Origin: Ginkgo biloba
Lineage: Eukaryota; Plantae; Ginkgophyta
Direction of reading: 5' to 3'
Assembly (NCBI GenBank): GCA_024626585.2
Contig: JANKJI020000002.1
Location: 104,593,869 to 104,616,927, forward strand
DNA length: 23,059 nucleotides
Shown: positions 22,122-23,059 of the stretch, piece by piece
How positions within the stretch are numbered: the stretch's first letter is position 1
Layout of the letters: every line of letters begins with the position of its first letter
Program-made: the position numbers and the translations under genes
Notes under the pieces: model-generated
The model's input: the letters and a program-made list of their open reading frames with translations, nothing else
What the model was told of the DNA's origin: nothing
Databases searched by the model: none

Positions 22122-23059
22122 NNNNNNNNNNNNNNNNNNNNNNNNNNNNNNNNNNNNNNNNNNNNNNNNNNNNNNNNNNNNNNNNNNNNGATCTTTGCCA
22201 TTAAGATATTGCAACATCTCTATTCTTCTCTGAGTGCCTTCTCCCTTCGACTCTCCTTAGCACTTCTAGAGTACATTTCTCGCTATTAGAGGTGTAATGG
22301 TTGATCCTTGCTTCATGATGTCTTTAAATCTTCTTCATTTAAGAAATATAGGCTCCAGATCCTCACTTGATCTCTACTCGACCTTGCATGTGTGGCGCCA
22401 TTTAGATGTGAGTATCTCTACTGAGCTAGCGTATGACTTTGACTTGCCACGTGTCACTGGGTTTTCCTTGTGGTGTTTCGGGCATCTCCTCTACGACATC
22501 TCCTTCTATTGTGCCATACGCCATGCAATTCTCCGAAACTTGAACTCTGAACATCACTTTCGAAATCCTCGAATTCAAGGCCTTTTCTTTGTTGGAGCCA
22601 ACTTTTCCATTTGGGTCCGCAGGGTGTGAAACAAGTAATGCGTCCATTGCTTCCTTCCCAACCTTTGAAGTTTGAATCCTCAAGTTACTAGCCTTTGCCT
22701 CGACCTTCGTGCTACGAGAGTCACATGGGACCCTCCACTTCGGGCTTTGTCTTTCGTGATTTTTTGTCCATAGATTGCTAATGGCTACTCGCAATCCTCG
22801 ATCTTCGATAGACTTGCTTCTCCCCGCATTGATGTGGTGTCTTCATAAAATGTCCCCTATTCTTCTTTTTAGGTTAGCACGTAGCCAACATGGCATGGCT
22901 TTCTCTCTCTTCATCGGGCTATCCCCATTAGGGTTTTTTCGTAGGGACTTTTCCTTGCATGCATCCTTCCTCCACTTGACAATTCCCAAACGCCGAAACC
23001 CGATACCAAGGTTTGGTCAAGAGGTTCCTTTGTTAACTGCTTCAAAAACTTCGCTCGAG

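Larger units (their letters stand above)
555..22189. other. 18 assembly gaps (N-runs) scattered across this span
   Basis: 555-603, 2223-2322, 6698-6797, 7919-7935, 8182-8281, 8987-9013, 9266-9275, 10025-10124, 12062-12113, 13538-13637, 15737-15836, 18602-18714, 20008-20107, 20347-20425, 20633-20687, 20954-21055, 21579-21678, 22122-22189. Confidence 0.97.

Noticed and set aside
2128-22289. ORFs in the track containing X runs (for example 6627-6890, 9996-10346, 19740-20129, 20135-20482)
   Set aside because: They stay open only because they cross N-gaps. Many also use TTG/GTG starts that do not apply to a nuclear genome.
22297-22794. Overlapping 110-aa (+) and 122-aa (-) ORFs
   Set aside because: No recognisable domain in either. 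Likely chance frames in a GC-richer, probably retroelement-derived segment.
1-23059. A novel multi-gene biological system (defence, biosynthetic or viral)
   Set aside because: There are no intact genes, operon structure or viral hallmark proteins. The content is explained by fragmented, decayed plant retroelements.

Overview
AT-rich, repeat-dominated eukaryotic DNA, most likely from a large-genome non-flowering land plant such as a gymnosperm. This taxon call is an inference from the transposon types and the heavy C-to-T decay. The window is a fragmented scaffold of 19 short contigs separated by 18 N-gaps, 8 of which are exactly 100 N (unknown-size placeholders), so adjacency across gaps is not guaranteed. 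I found no intact protein-coding gene, RNA gene, CRISPR array or prokaryote-type system, and most ORFs in the track are chance frames or span N-gaps. Supported features are: (1) a degenerate minus-strand non-LTR retrotransposon ORF2 with an RTEX/L2-like C-terminal Cys/His region (about 1230-2222); (2) an LTR-end/PBS/gag-start junction of a Ty1/Copia-like element (about 5500-6697); (3) a roughly 835-bp poly(A)-tailed retroposed insertion bounded by a perfect 15-bp target-site duplication (12114-12978); (4) a diverged roughly 600-bp direct duplication (15133-15736 / 15964-16600); (5) a Ty3/Gypsy gag-protease remnant (18715-20007); (6) an LTR-like promoter fragment with clustered DRE/CRT (RCCGAC) motifs (21679-22121). 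I see no convincing evidence of a novel multi-gene system. The most interesting leads are the unusual LINE clade, the TSD-flanked retroposon and the cis-element clusters in the LTR-like segments.
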